NCBI GenBank assembly: GCA_964456095.1
Contig: CAYVZF010000001.1
Location: forward strand, 4,889 to 57,863
Direction: 5' to 3'
Origin: an uncultured Erysipelotrichaceae bacterium
GTDB lineage: Bacteria > Bacillota_I > Bacilli_A > RFN20 > CAG-449
DNA: 52,975 nucleotides
In this document: piece after piece, positions 19,092 through 26,763 of the stretch
How the letters are laid out: the number at the start of each line of letters is the position of its first letter
Position numbering within the stretch: position 1 is the stretch's first letter
Translations under genes and position numbers: made by a program
Notes under the pieces: generated by a model
Told to the model about the DNA's origin: nothing
Databases searched by the model: none
What the model saw: only the letters and a program-made list of their open reading frames with translations

Positions 19092-20627
19092 TTAATCTTC
19101 CTCCTTGCCTGAATCATAATCTTTAGAAATCATAAGTGTAGGTCTTATTGCGTCTTCTTGTAATTCCCATGCATAACGGAAATCAAATTCCATTGTATTT
19201 TTTAACCATTCTTCATCACTTAATTTATCTAATGTTATTTCACTAGCAAAAGAATTACTGTTTATTTTGCTTGCTTTAACTTCGACATCTAAATAATAAA
19301 GGTTTTTAACATTAACACCGCTATTAGAAGAAGATTTATTACCAATAACAGAGCCACTACTATTTGTTGCATCTTCACTTGTTGCACTAACAAGCATTTT
19401 ATAAACAAATGAATTATTTATGTTTGGTATAACAGGTGAATCTTTACGATGTTGTGAAAAGCCTATAAGCCCTCCAACACCTTCAACTCCTGTTACAGTT
19501 CCCATTGAATAACAAGATTCTATATTCATACAACGTGCATATCCAATAATACCACCAACATATTTTTCACCTACAACATTAGCTTTTGAATAGCATTGAC
19601 TTATTTCAATAGGTGCTTTTGAACTTGTTGGAGAATCACACGATCCAAGAATTCCTCCTGCGTTTTGTCCTTTTCCAGATACATATAAATCTGTAAATAT
19701 TTTAGATGCCATTCCTGATTCATATATTTCACCAATTGCGCCACCAACCTTATTCGCGGTCGATACAATTTCACCACCAACAACATTACAATTAGAAACT
19801 AAACCTTTACAATATCCAACAACCGCGCCACATCTTTGCATAGAGGTTTTAATACTAACATTTTCTAAATTTAAATTAGTAATAATTCCATCCGCGCTTA
19901 ATTGAGCAAATAATCCAGTCGATTCAGATTTAGAATCAATATATAAATTTGAAATTGTATGTCCATTACCATTAAAACTACCATTAAACGCCTTAGTCGA
20001 ACCAGATTGCATACCAATCGGTGTCCAAGATAACTTTCCTTCGCCGTACTTTTCAGATAAATCTATATCATTTTGTAATTCATAATATGCAGATAAATCT
20101 TCTTTTTCTAAAGCAACATTTTCCAAATCCTTGATTGTATAAACTTTGTAAGGATTATCCATTGTGCCATCGCCTTTATTTTGAACAGATTCCTCATCGT
20201 TTGTTATTACATCAGTTTTATATATATCACTATATGAGCCATTTAATTCTAATACACAATAACAATCTATTTTAGTTGAAATAGGTAATGAATCTACAGT
20301 TGTATAAATTAAATTAACACCTGATCCATAACTTAAAACAGCTGATTTATCATATGTTCCTTCTTTTAATTCTTCTTCAGTTGGTGATTCAGAATTATAA
20401 TTTAATAGAAGATAATAAATATTTGCATCAGAATCTAATGATTCAATAAATATATCCACTGCGCCTTGTAAAACAGATGATTCAGATATAGCTATATTTT
20501 TATATCTCAATTTAGTTTCTGTTCTATCTTGTGAACTAACATAATCACTACTAGATAAGCTAGAATCATTTGTATTGCACGAAAATAACAATAATAAACT
20601 AATTGGTACAATTAATCTTTTTTTCAC
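19092..20627 (-). CDS. surface lipoprotein with GLUG-type repeats (paralog 2)
   Basis: GTG start at 20625-20627 with an AAGGAG RBS. Lipobox LLFSC. NPYKVYTIKDLENV...YELQNDIDLS...FNGSFNGNGHTISNLYID, then VGGAIGE, AGGILGS, VGGIIGY and VGGLIGF. Confidence 0.7.
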   Translation of the reverse strand: MKKRLIVPISLLLLFSCNTNDSSLSSSDYVSSQDRTETKLRYKNIAISESSVLQGAVDIFIESLDSDANIYYLLLNYNSESPTEEELKEGTYDKSAVLSYGSGVNLIYTTVDSLPISTKIDCYCVLELNGSYSDIYKTDVITNDEESVQNKGDGTMDNPYKVYTIKDLENVALEKEDLSAYYELQNDIDLSEKYGEGKLSWTPIGMQSGSTKAFNGSFNGNGHTISNLYIDSKSESTGLFAQLSADGIITNLNLENVSIKTSMQRCGAVVGYCKGLVSNCNVVGGEIVSTANKVGGAIGEIYESGMASKIFTDLYVSGKGQNAGGILGSCDSPTSSKAPIEISQCYSKANVVGEKYVGGIIGYARCMNIESCYSMGTVTGVEGVGGLIGFSQHRKDSPVIPNINNSFVYKMLVSATSEDATNSSGSVIGNKSSSNSGVNVKNLYYLDVEVKASKINSNSFASEITLDKLSDEEWLKNTMEFDFRYAWELQEDAIRPTLMISKDYDSGKEED

Positions 20628-20647
20628 GAATTTAACTCCTTGCTTTA

Positions 20648-22462
20648 CTAATCAACAACTGTAGATGAAAAATTAATATTACTAAAAGTTGCATATACTG
20701 ATCCAACAGTAAATAAACCAACATATACATATTTATTATCAACTTCTGTTAATGATAAATCAGTATCAAAACTCTCTCCTAGAACATAATCACTCATTGT
20801 TGATAACTTATAATAAGTCATAATTGATGTATCATTTTTAACAATCTTTAAATCAATAGTATCTCCTGCTTTAGGTTCAATTGAGTTTTTAGCTGTTTTA
20901 GATTTAGATATTTCAGTAGTATTATCTCTATGCCATGCATGATATGTATATGGTGTATCTTTAAATGGAAGTCCAAACCATCCTGTCGCGGCATAGTTTG
21001 ACGCTAATCCATCAACATATTTATCAATATACATGTCATCACGAACCATCAATCCAATCGCACTTGCATTTAGTTTTGTATTATTATCATTAATAGAATC
21101 TATTTTTGCAGTTGCTTCTAAAGTAAATGTTGCATTTTTATCAACTTGTTTAAAATACATTACAAATGAATCAGCACTTTGATTTAATTTTGTTGGATTA
21201 TTACCATTTTCACCTAATGTAACTGTTCCATCTGCATTTTCTAAAATAGTATAATCATTGATATTAAAATTAGCTTTTGTATTTACTTTACCAAATGCAG
21301 AACCTTGCCATCCATTTGTTGTATTCCATTTTTTTGACCAAGAACCTTCTCCAGGAGAAGCAAATTCTTCTTCAACATAATTTGGATTAGGTATTAAATA
21401 CTCTTCTTTTGTAGGTTCTACAATATTATCTTTTACATATGTTCCTAATTTATTATCAGAATATTGAAGAGTTTTAGCCATCATATATCCAATCATTTGA
21501 GCACCGTAAGCATTAACATGTGTAGCGTCATAATCATTTTTTGCCGGTTGACCATACCAATTTTTAGCTTCTTCAGGTGTTAGTTTTCTTAATGCATTTC
21601 CTGTTAAGTTAGTAGTATCAATTAAGGTCAATCCTTCTTCTAAAGCTAAATCACGAATAGTTTGAGCATAATTACCAGCATAAAAAGTTGCATCCTCACT
21701 CATATTATGCATATATTTACTAGTAATATCATAATTACCTTTTGAATCATATCTAGCTATTGGTGTTCCTAAAATTGGTGTAGCACCAGCTTCTAAAGCT
21801 ACTTTAATAAAATTATTATATAAATAATATTTAAATGAACCTTCAGTATCTTTACTACCATCTGCTAAAGTACCAACATCAGTCTTCTTTTCGTCATTAT
21901 GTCCAAAAGTAATAATAACATAATCGCCTTCTTTGATATTATCTTTAAATGTATTGTAATTCTTAATCGATTTTTCTAATACCGCGAAGCTTTTTGATGA
22001 AGATCCACCAACACCTAAATTAACAACATTACAAGATTCATCAAAATAATCACCTATCGTTTTACCAAATCCTTGTATTTGATAATAATAACTTGTATTT
22101 GATTTAGTAAAATCATACGATGCGCATGTTGAATCACCAATCATATATAAAGTAGTTGAATCTTTTTGTTCATTAGAAGATTCTTCTTTTGAAGATGTTT
22201 CTTCACTAGAAGAACTTTCCAAAGATGACATATCAGAAGATTCACCTACACTTATAGCAGATGATTCAATAGAGTTACTAATAGAACTACTGATTTCATT
22301 TTCACTAGAACTTTCTAATTCAGAACTGCTAACTTCACTACTAGAAGAAATATCTTCTGATTTACTATTAGACAACGAATCAATATCAGAGCTATTTACT
22401 TCACCACCACACGAAAACAATAATATGCTTGCAAGTGGCAATATTTTTAAAATTTTTTTCAT
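20648..22462 (-). CDS. SGNH/GDSL acetylesterase lipoprotein with a C-terminal ConA-like module
   Basis: Lipobox LLFSC, then a Ser/Glu-rich linker of about 90 aa. SGNH blocks are present: MIGDSTCA (I), GVGGSS (II), FGHNDE (III) and DATHVN (V). The C-terminal ~230 aa share GLMVRDD, NYAATGWFGLPFKD and YVGLF...FSNINF with the protein at 22630-23973. Confidence 0.75.
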   Translation of the reverse strand: MKKILKILPLASILLFSCGGEVNSSDIDSLSNSKSEDISSSSEVSSSELESSSENEISSSISNSIESSAISVGESSDMSSLESSSSEETSSKEESSNEQKDSTTLYMIGDSTCASYDFTKSNTSYYYQIQGFGKTIGDYFDESCNVVNLGVGGSSSKSFAVLEKSIKNYNTFKDNIKEGDYVIITFGHNDEKKTDVGTLADGSKDTEGSFKYYLYNNFIKVALEAGATPILGTPIARYDSKGNYDITSKYMHNMSEDATFYAGNYAQTIRDLALEEGLTLIDTTNLTGNALRKLTPEEAKNWYGQPAKNDYDATHVNAYGAQMIGYMMAKTLQYSDNKLGTYVKDNIVEPTKEEYLIPNPNYVEEEFASPGEGSWSKKWNTTNGWQGSAFGKVNTKANFNINDYTILENADGTVTLGENGNNPTKLNQSADSFVMYFKQVDKNATFTLEATAKIDSINDNNTKLNASAIGLMVRDDMYIDKYVDGLASNYAATGWFGLPFKDTPYTYHAWHRDNTTEISKSKTAKNSIEPKAGDTIDLKIVKNDTSIMTYYKLSTMSDYVLGESFDTDLSLTEVDNKYVYVGLFTVGSVYATFSNINFSSTVVD

Positions 22463-22476
22463 TTATTTTCTCCTAT

Positions 22477-22605
22477 TTATTCCCAGTCATTCCAATTAAA
22501 GTCATTATAATCCATTTCTTTAAATGATTTTGTTAATGAAATAGTAAGAATGTCTTCTAAATTAATATTTTCAATTTTTAATTCTGGTTTATTGTATTTT
22601 TTCAT
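22477..22605 (-). CDS. 42-aa small protein (not in ORF track)
   Basis: ATG at 22603-22605 is preceded by AAGGAGA with an 8-nt spacer. TAA at 22477-22479. Translation: MKKYNKPELKIENINLEDILTISLTKSFKEMDYNDFNWNDWE. It fills the only gap between two operon genes. Confidence 0.55.
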   Translation of the reverse strand: MKKYNKPELKIENINLEDILTISLTKSFKEMDYNDFNWNDWE

Positions 22606-22629
22606 ATTAATCAATTCTCCTTAGTAGCT

Positions 22630-23973
22630 CTATAAAACAGCAGTTTCAACTTTAAATACTTTAAAATTAGTATCTTCTGGTATTCCTTTAATTATTACTC
22701 CAAAGAAATACCATCCTTCATCAGCCTCTATTACCGACTCACCATTATTAATACTAGTCATTAATCCTGTTGTTTCTAATTTTGCATACTTATTTGCACC
22801 ATCAATTTGTGCATAAATAGTAAATTCAAGAGCTCTATATTGTTCTATAAAAGATGCAAATTCTTCATCAGTTGAACCAACATATACTTTACCAATAAAA
22901 CGTATTAAATCATGTGTATCACCTAGTTGATATCCTACGTATGAACTAGCGCCAGCTTCTTCTTTAACTTCATCTTTGACTATTTTAAATGAAATATCTT
23001 TAAATGTAACCTTCATAGGTCCTGACAAGAATAAACCAACATATAAATTTTTGCTAGTAAAACTAGTCATTGTATAGCTATAAGACAAACTATAAGTTTT
23101 TTCTTCACCATCAGAAACATAATTATAAACATATTTCATAGAATATTTATTACCATTTTTAGACATACTTAATTTAACATTTTCAAGAATTTCATTAGTA
23201 TCATCCGGATTATTGGTTATATTACCATCTTCATCTTTTTCAACATCAAAATCAGCAGGAATGAAATCCGATGTTTTTTTCTTTCTATTCGCATCAGTAT
23301 ATAATCCATCACGAACCCATGCAATACCAGTAGTATTATCTTTATAAGGGAAGCCAAAATTACCTAATGCAAGATAATTGGATCTATAACTGTTGTATGT
23401 TTTAGTACCATCACTACTAGTCCCAACCATATAATCAGCATCTTGGTAAGGATAATATATATTACTTCCTGTTTTTTTTGAAGATGTCGTTGCTTCAGCT
23501 TCTAAACAAATATCATCTCTAACCATTAACCCAGTTGCAAAATTAGAAATTGCGGATGTTTGAGAACTTGCCAAATTTTCAAAATAGCAATCATTAACAG
23601 TCATTGTTGCAGTTAATTCAAAAGAATCCGAAGCATTAATCTCTTGATAATAATATAAAAGTGATTCAGAATTTGAAACTAATTTAGGAAAATTATTATT
23701 ATCTACATTATCACCAACTTTCAATTCAACACCATTTGTATTCTCATCAACATTAAAAGCAAAATTTGTACTATTACTTTGGAACCTACCAAACATTCTA
23801 CTGTTCCATTCATTAGAAATAATTGAAGTATCTAACTTTGCTTGTTTATTTATATCATCAAAATTATAAATTGTTTCGTCACCATCGAATATTCTTTTAT
23901 CATTATAATTAATACCGATTCCTATACAAAACGCTAAAAAGCCTACAAAAAGGCAAATATTTCTTTTTTTCAT
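22630..23973 (-). CDS. membrane-anchored/secreted ConA-like (LamG-type) module protein, putative glycan binding
   Basis: Start placed at ATG 23971-23973 (MKKRNICLFVGFLAFCIG, RBS GGGAGG) rather than the GTG at 23994. It shares the GLMVRDD / NYLALGNFGFPYKD / YVGLF...FKDISF module with the esterase. It has an extra C-terminal domain of about 110 aa. Confidence 0.6.
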   Translation of the reverse strand: MKKRNICLFVGFLAFCIGIGINYNDKRIFDGDETIYNFDDINKQAKLDTSIISNEWNSRMFGRFQSNSTNFAFNVDENTNGVELKVGDNVDNNNFPKLVSNSESLLYYYQEINASDSFELTATMTVNDCYFENLASSQTSAISNFATGLMVRDDICLEAEATTSSKKTGSNIYYPYQDADYMVGTSSDGTKTYNSYRSNYLALGNFGFPYKDNTTGIAWVRDGLYTDANRKKKTSDFIPADFDVEKDEDGNITNNPDDTNEILENVKLSMSKNGNKYSMKYVYNYVSDGEEKTYSLSYSYTMTSFTSKNLYVGLFLSGPMKVTFKDISFKIVKDEVKEEAGASSYVGYQLGDTHDLIRFIGKVYVGSTDEEFASFIEQYRALEFTIYAQIDGANKYAKLETTGLMTSINNGESVIEADEGWYFFGVIIKGIPEDTNFKVFKVETAVL

Positions 23974-24001
23974 TAAAACCTCCCATGTAAACACTCACTT
24001 T

Positions 24002-24026
24002 GTTCGCATATACGAACGACGTTCAT
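24002..24026 (-). promoter_or_regulatory. second copy of the palindromic operator (GTTCGCATATACGAAC plus GTTCA)
   Basis: 24002-24017 is an inverted repeat, with a third half-site at 24021-24025. Orientation and position (between promoter and RBS) match 17036-17060. Confidence 0.55.
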
Positions 24027-24038
24027 GTTTACAATTAA

Positions 24039-24067
24039 ATGTTAGCGCTTCCAATAAAATTAGTCAA
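24039..24067 (-). promoter_or_regulatory. sigma-70-type promoter of the surface-enzyme operon
   Basis: On the minus strand: TTGACT (24062-24067), a 17-nt spacer, then TAACAT (24039-24044). Confidence 0.45.
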
Positions 24068-24162
24068 CAAAATAACTAATTATTTTTTCACATTATCAGC
24101 TTTAATTAAATTTAACTTATTGTTTTTTAAAATATTTATTTCAATGTTTTTCTTATTAATTA

Positions 24163-24275
24163 TTTAGAAGAATAATTAATTTTTTCTTGTTAAAAAACAA
24201 TTAAAACCCGCTAAACATTCGCGTTTTTCTTATTTTATAAAAAAAACATTTTAAAGGAAAATGTGGTATTTTTTT
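24163..24275. repeat. diverged copy of the ~122-bp intergenic repeat
   Basis: agaagaataatt...cgctaaacattcgcgtttttct...aaaggaaaatgtggtattttttt aligns by eye with the repeats at 24413 and 26496. The GGAAAATGTGGTATTTTTT end is identical. Confidence 0.45.
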
Positions 24276-24412
24276 ATTTAATATTTTATTTTAATCTATT
24301 ATCATCATATTAGTTTTTCATAATTAAAAACTATTCTTTTATTAATTATTTTATTTCATTATCTTTTTATATTTATAACGAAATATTTTAATTCGTTTTC
24401 TACTTATAATTT

Positions 24413-24535
24413 ATTCTTTTTTTGGAAGAATAATGGATGTTTTTAAATCAATAATTTATAAAAAAAGCCTAAATATCCGTATTTTCTAATATTTTATTAA
24501 ATTTATAATTTTAGGGAAAATGTGGTATTTTTTTT
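24413..24535. repeat. ~122-bp direct repeat, left copy
   Basis: attcttttttttggaagaataatggatgtttttaaatcaataatttat...gggaaaatgtggtatttttt. It is more than 90% identical by eye to 26496-26617. Confidence 0.8.
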
Positions 24536-24654
24536 GCAAAAAAAAGCAATTGATCCATTATATTCTAGTACCGATAACGAAATTATAACGAAATATATTT
24601 GAATTATTTCGCAACTTGATGATATATTATAAATGTAATCACGTGGAGGAAAAA

Positions 24655-26472
24655 ATGACTTATATTACTTGTCAAGAAGCATCTAATAGATATGGCGTTT
24701 CACTAAGAAGAATTCAACAATTATGTAAAACAAATAAAATAAGAGGTGCAAAAAAAGAAGGGAAATCTTGGATGATTCCTGATGATTTTAATTATTCATC
24801 AACTCATCAAAAAAAGAAAAAACCTTTACCTATCGGCATCTCTGATTTTAAAAAAGCAACATCAGAATACTATTATGTTGATAAAACATTATTAATTCGT
24901 GATTTTTTAGATAGTAAACCTCAAGTATCATTATTTACAAGACCACGACGCTTTGGCAAAACTTTAACAATGGATATGCTTAGAGTTTTTTTTGAAAAAA
25001 CAAATGAAGATACATCAATCTATTTTAAAGATAAATTCATTTGGTCATGTGGAATAAAATACACTTTACATCAAGGACAATACCCAGTCATATTTTTAAC
25101 TTTTAAAGATATCAAATGCAAGAATTGGGAAGAAACCTATAATAAAATATGTAAATTAATAGCATTAGAATTTTTACGTCATAACGAACTTGAAACAAGT
25201 TCAAAACTAAATGAATATGAAAAAGAACAATATATTAATTTATCTAGGAATAACGCTACAGAAGTCGATTATCAAATGGCTTTACAAATTCTTTCCTTGC
25301 TACTTTATAAACATTATGGTAAAGACTGTATAATTATTATCGATGAATATGATATACCTATTGAACAAGGTTATGTATCTGGTTTCTATGACAAAACTAT
25401 TGATTTTATGAGAAACTTCTTTTCAGGTGGTCTAAAAGATAATACGTATTTAGCATTCGGCTTTTTAACAGGCATTTTAAAGGTTGCAAAAGAAAGTATT
25501 TTCAGTGGATTAAATAATTTAAAAATAAATTCTATTCTTGACGAAAATTATAGTGAGTATTTTGGCTTTACAAAAGAAGAAGTTATTAAAATGCTAGAAT
25601 ACTATGATGTTAAAAATAAATACCAAGAAATATGTTCGTGGTATGATGGATATATTTTTGGGAATACAGAAATATTTAATCCGTGGTCAGTAATTAATTA
25701 TATTTCTAACAATTGTTTCCCAAAAGCATTTTGGTTTTCTACAGGTAGCAACGATATTATTGGAGAAATAATATCAACATCATCAGATGAAACAATTATT
25801 AATCTACAAAAACTATTAATAGGAGAAAAAATAACAACATATATTGATACAAATGTTATTTATCCGGAAGTTATTACTAGTGCGCACAGCATTTATAGTT
25901 TTTTATTAGTTGCGGGTTATTTGAAAATAGACAAAACTTATCCTCAAGACGATGGAAACTATATGTGCGATGTAACTATTCCAAACAAAGAAATTAAATT
26001 TGTTTATGAAAAAGAAGTACTTAAAAAAACAGGAAAAACAAATATTGCTATTTTAATTCAACAAGCTATATTTCAAAAAGATATAAATAAACTTCAAAAT
26101 CTTTTAGAGCAATTTATGATTGAATCAATTTCTTATCATGATGGTTCAAATGAAAGTTTTTATCATGGAATGATGTTAGGATTATGTGCAATTTTAAGTA
26201 ATAAATATCACGTAAGATCTAATCAAGAATCAGGAGATGGTCGTTTTGACATACAGTTATATCCAGAAAACAAAAGTAATCCTGGTTTTATATTTGAATT
26301 AAAAAAAGCAAAAAATATTAAAGAATTAAAATCTCTAGCAAATATTGCTCTTAATCAAATAGAAACAAACCATTATGATGCACAAATGAAAAAAGATGGA
26401 GTTAATGAAACAATTAAAATCGGTATAGCATTTCATGGAAAACATGTGTCAATAAAAAGTATAAAAGGTTAA
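24655..26472 (+). CDS. HTH - AAA-ATPase - PD-(D/E)xK nuclease-fold protein (AAA_35/PDDEXK_9-type family)
   Basis: Start placed at ATG 24655 (RBS GGAGGA at 24645-24650) rather than the TTG at 24616. The N-terminal excisionase/MerR-like HTH is ITCQEASNRYGVSLRRIQQLCKTNKIRGAKKEGKSWMIP. P-loop RPRRFGKTLTMDM, Walker B IIIDEYD, and C-terminal ESGDGRFDIQLY...GFIFELKKAK. Confidence 0.75.
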   Translation: MTYITCQEASNRYGVSLRRIQQLCKTNKIRGAKKEGKSWMIPDDFNYSSTHQKKKKPLPIGISDFKKATSEYYYVDKTLLIRDFLDSKPQVSLFTRPRRFGKTLTMDMLRVFFEKTNEDTSIYFKDKFIWSCGIKYTLHQGQYPVIFLTFKDIKCKNWEETYNKICKLIALEFLRHNELETSSKLNEYEKEQYINLSRNNATEVDYQMALQILSLLLYKHYGKDCIIIIDEYDIPIEQGYVSGFYDKTIDFMRNFFSGGLKDNTYLAFGFLTGILKVAKESIFSGLNNLKINSILDENYSEYFGFTKEEVIKMLEYYDVKNKYQEICSWYDGYIFGNTEIFNPWSVINYISNNCFPKAFWFSTGSNDIIGEIISTSSDETIINLQKLLIGEKITTYIDTNVIYPEVITSAHSIYSFLLVAGYLKIDKTYPQDDGNYMCDVTIPNKEIKFVYEKEVLKKTGKTNIAILIQQAIFQKDINKLQNLLEQFMIESISYHDGSNESFYHGMMLGLCAILSNKYHVRSNQESGDGRFDIQLYPENKSNPGFIFELKKAKNIKELKSLANIALNQIETNHYDAQMKKDGVNETIKIGIAFHGKHVSIKSIKG

Positions 26473-26495
26473 TTGCTATATTATTGCAAATAAGA

Positions 26496-26617
26496 ATTCA
26501 TTTTTTTGGAAGAATAATGGATGTTTTTAAATCAATAATTTATTAAAAAAGCCTAAATACTCGTATTTTCTAATATTTTATTAAATATATATTTTTAGGG
26601 AAAATGTGGTATTTTTT
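26496..26617. repeat. ~122-bp direct repeat, right copy
   Basis: Starts 24 nt after the stop of the AAA-ATPase gene. See 24413-24535. Confidence 0.8.
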
Positions 26618-26680
26618 ACCAAAAAAAGAAAATATAAAATTATAAATTGCGCAATAAAAAATTAAAACATAATTAAAACA

Positions 26681-26707
26681 TTGACAAAAGATACAATTTT
26701 GTATAAT
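26681..26707 (+). promoter_or_regulatory. sigma-70-type promoter
   Basis: TTGACA (26681-26686), a 15-nt spacer ending in TG, then TATAAT (26702-26707). Confidence 0.5.
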
Positions 26708-26763
26708 TTATTTTAGATAGGAAAAAGAATTATTTTAATACCTATTAAAAAGTAGTGGTGAAA

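Noticed and set aside
19601-19786. 61-aa ORF on the minus strand in another frame
   Set aside because: It is nested in an alternative frame of the GLUG lipoprotein gene, with no RBS and no motif.
22477-22605. Calling the 42-aa ORF a lasso-peptide gene cluster
   Set aside because: The leader-like features are suggestive. However, no cyclase, leader protease or RRE gene occurs anywhere in the window. It is therefore reported only as a small ORF with a hypothesis, not as a RiPP cluster.
24433-24489. Mini-ORF inside the 122-bp repeat (MDVFKSIIYKKSLNIRIF, preceded by GGAAGA)
   Set aside because: The right-hand repeat copy has a stop after 9 codons (MDVFKSIIY). The reading frame is therefore not conserved between copies, and the repeat is more likely non-coding.
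24616-24654. ORF-track N-terminal extensions from TTG/GTG starts. They occur at 24616, 26755, 29571, 19117, 23994, 48746, 50100 and 50867.
   Set aside because: In each case a downstream ATG has a better-placed Shine-Dalgarno sequence. That ATG also yields a canonical N-terminus: a signal peptide/lipobox, or the conserved MnmE, TatD or RNase M5 start. The 48746 extension also runs through a terminator hairpin.
24163-26617. Possible CRISPR array or insertion sequence
   Set aside because: There are only three copies, they are more than 110 bp long, and they are irregularly spaced, with a 2-kb gene between two of them. There are no short regular spacers, no cas genes, no transposase or integrase, and no terminal inverted repeats.
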